Source of the DNA: a virus
DNA length: 64,000 bases
Virus record (IMG/VR): IMGVR_UViG_3300047160_019164
Span: 28,464-92,463 of that record
Reading direction: 5' to 3' (one strand)
Below the pieces are notes generated by a model that was given only the letters and a program-made list of their open reading frames with translations, was not told the origin of the DNA and made no database searches. Below are positions 63,517 to 64,000 of this stretch, piece by piece. The translations under genes were made by a program, and so were the position numbers. Numbering within the stretch: position 1 is the first letter of the stretch; each line of letters starts with the position of its first letter.

Positions 63517-64000
63517 TGCCCGCGAGCGGACCGCTTCAGAGCACCATCTCGGCGTGGATTCGCTCACTCTTCCAGGGCAACCCGTTCGGTCAGGTCTACC
63601 GTCCGCCGGCCACCCCGCCCGTTCCGCCGGCCATCGACGGTCGAACGGCTGCACTTCGCATTCTGCGTCGCTACATCAGCGAGCTGATCTTCTATCGGAG
63701 TGGCGACCTCATCAGTCCGCCAACCGAGTCGTCGGACGCCGTGTACGGCACACCCATCCCGTTCCAGTTGCCATTGGACCAGGTGTTCGCCGAACAGAAC
63801 GACAACGACAACACCGTCCACATGCCGACGATCGCGGTTATCCCGAGCGACGGCCAGTATCTCCCCATTGGGCTCACGTCGTTCCTCGTCGAAGACACGC
63901 GCGACGTGTACGGCAAGGGGACCGTCGTGCAGTGGCAGAGCGAGTACCAAGAAGACATCGGGCTCGAGGTCATGGCGGGGTCGAAGGCCGAACGGCGCGC
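63516..64000 (+). CDS. Putative tail terminator/neck protein (partial)
   Basis: TGATG coupling and GGAGG RBS; frame open to the window end. Confidence 0.5.
   Translation, partial: MPASGPLQSTISAWIRSLFQGNPFGQVYRPPATPPVPPAIDGRTAALRILRRYISELIFYRSGDLISPPTESSDAVYGTPIPFQLPLDQVFAEQNDNDNTVHMPTIAVIPSDGQYLPIGLTSFLVEDTRDVYGKGTVVQWQSEYQEDIGLEVMAGSKAERR

Noticed and set aside
1-64000. Prophage or integration module
   Set aside because: No integrase, repressor or host-gene boundary was recognised in this window, so lifestyle cannot be determined

Overview
This 64-kb window is part of a high-GC tailed dsDNA bacteriophage genome (Caudoviricetes). The host is not determinable; Myxococcota is a guess. Nearly all genes are on the + strand, in five blocks. 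(1) Replication and recombination, about 0.2-15.7 kb: intein-containing family-B polymerase, MT-A70 methyltransferase, gp32-like SSB, RecA/UvsX, beta-clamp-like protein, SbcD/SbcC, HD nucleotidase and Holliday junction resolvase. (2) A DNA hypermodification cassette at 15.7-19.7 kb: ParB-N, TET/JBP dioxygenase, T4 BGT-like glycosyltransferase, GT2, ParB-N. (3) An early region from a sigma70-like promoter at 22.5 kb, with two hammerhead ribozymes, ArdC, a C5-methyltransferase with a nested second subunit, MazG, ThyX and a tRNA. (4) Terminase, a second tRNA, cargo and lysis genes. (5) Portal, intein-containing MuF, scaffold, major capsid and head-tail genes. The most striking signals are: 18 evenly spaced copies of a perfect palindrome (CCACCGCACGGC|GCCGTGCGGTGG), which also lie in frame inside genes and may be parS-like loading sites for the ParB-RHH proteins flanking the TET/glycosyltransferase cassette; an intein whose putative HTH + Vsr-like endonuclease is encoded on the antisense strand in exact codon register; two type II hammerhead ribozymes directly upstream of ribosome-binding sites; a PolB carrying a DnaE-like C-terminal domain; and a recurrent GCSGCATAAC promoter-like motif. 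All annotations come from motif recognition by eye; no database searches were run.
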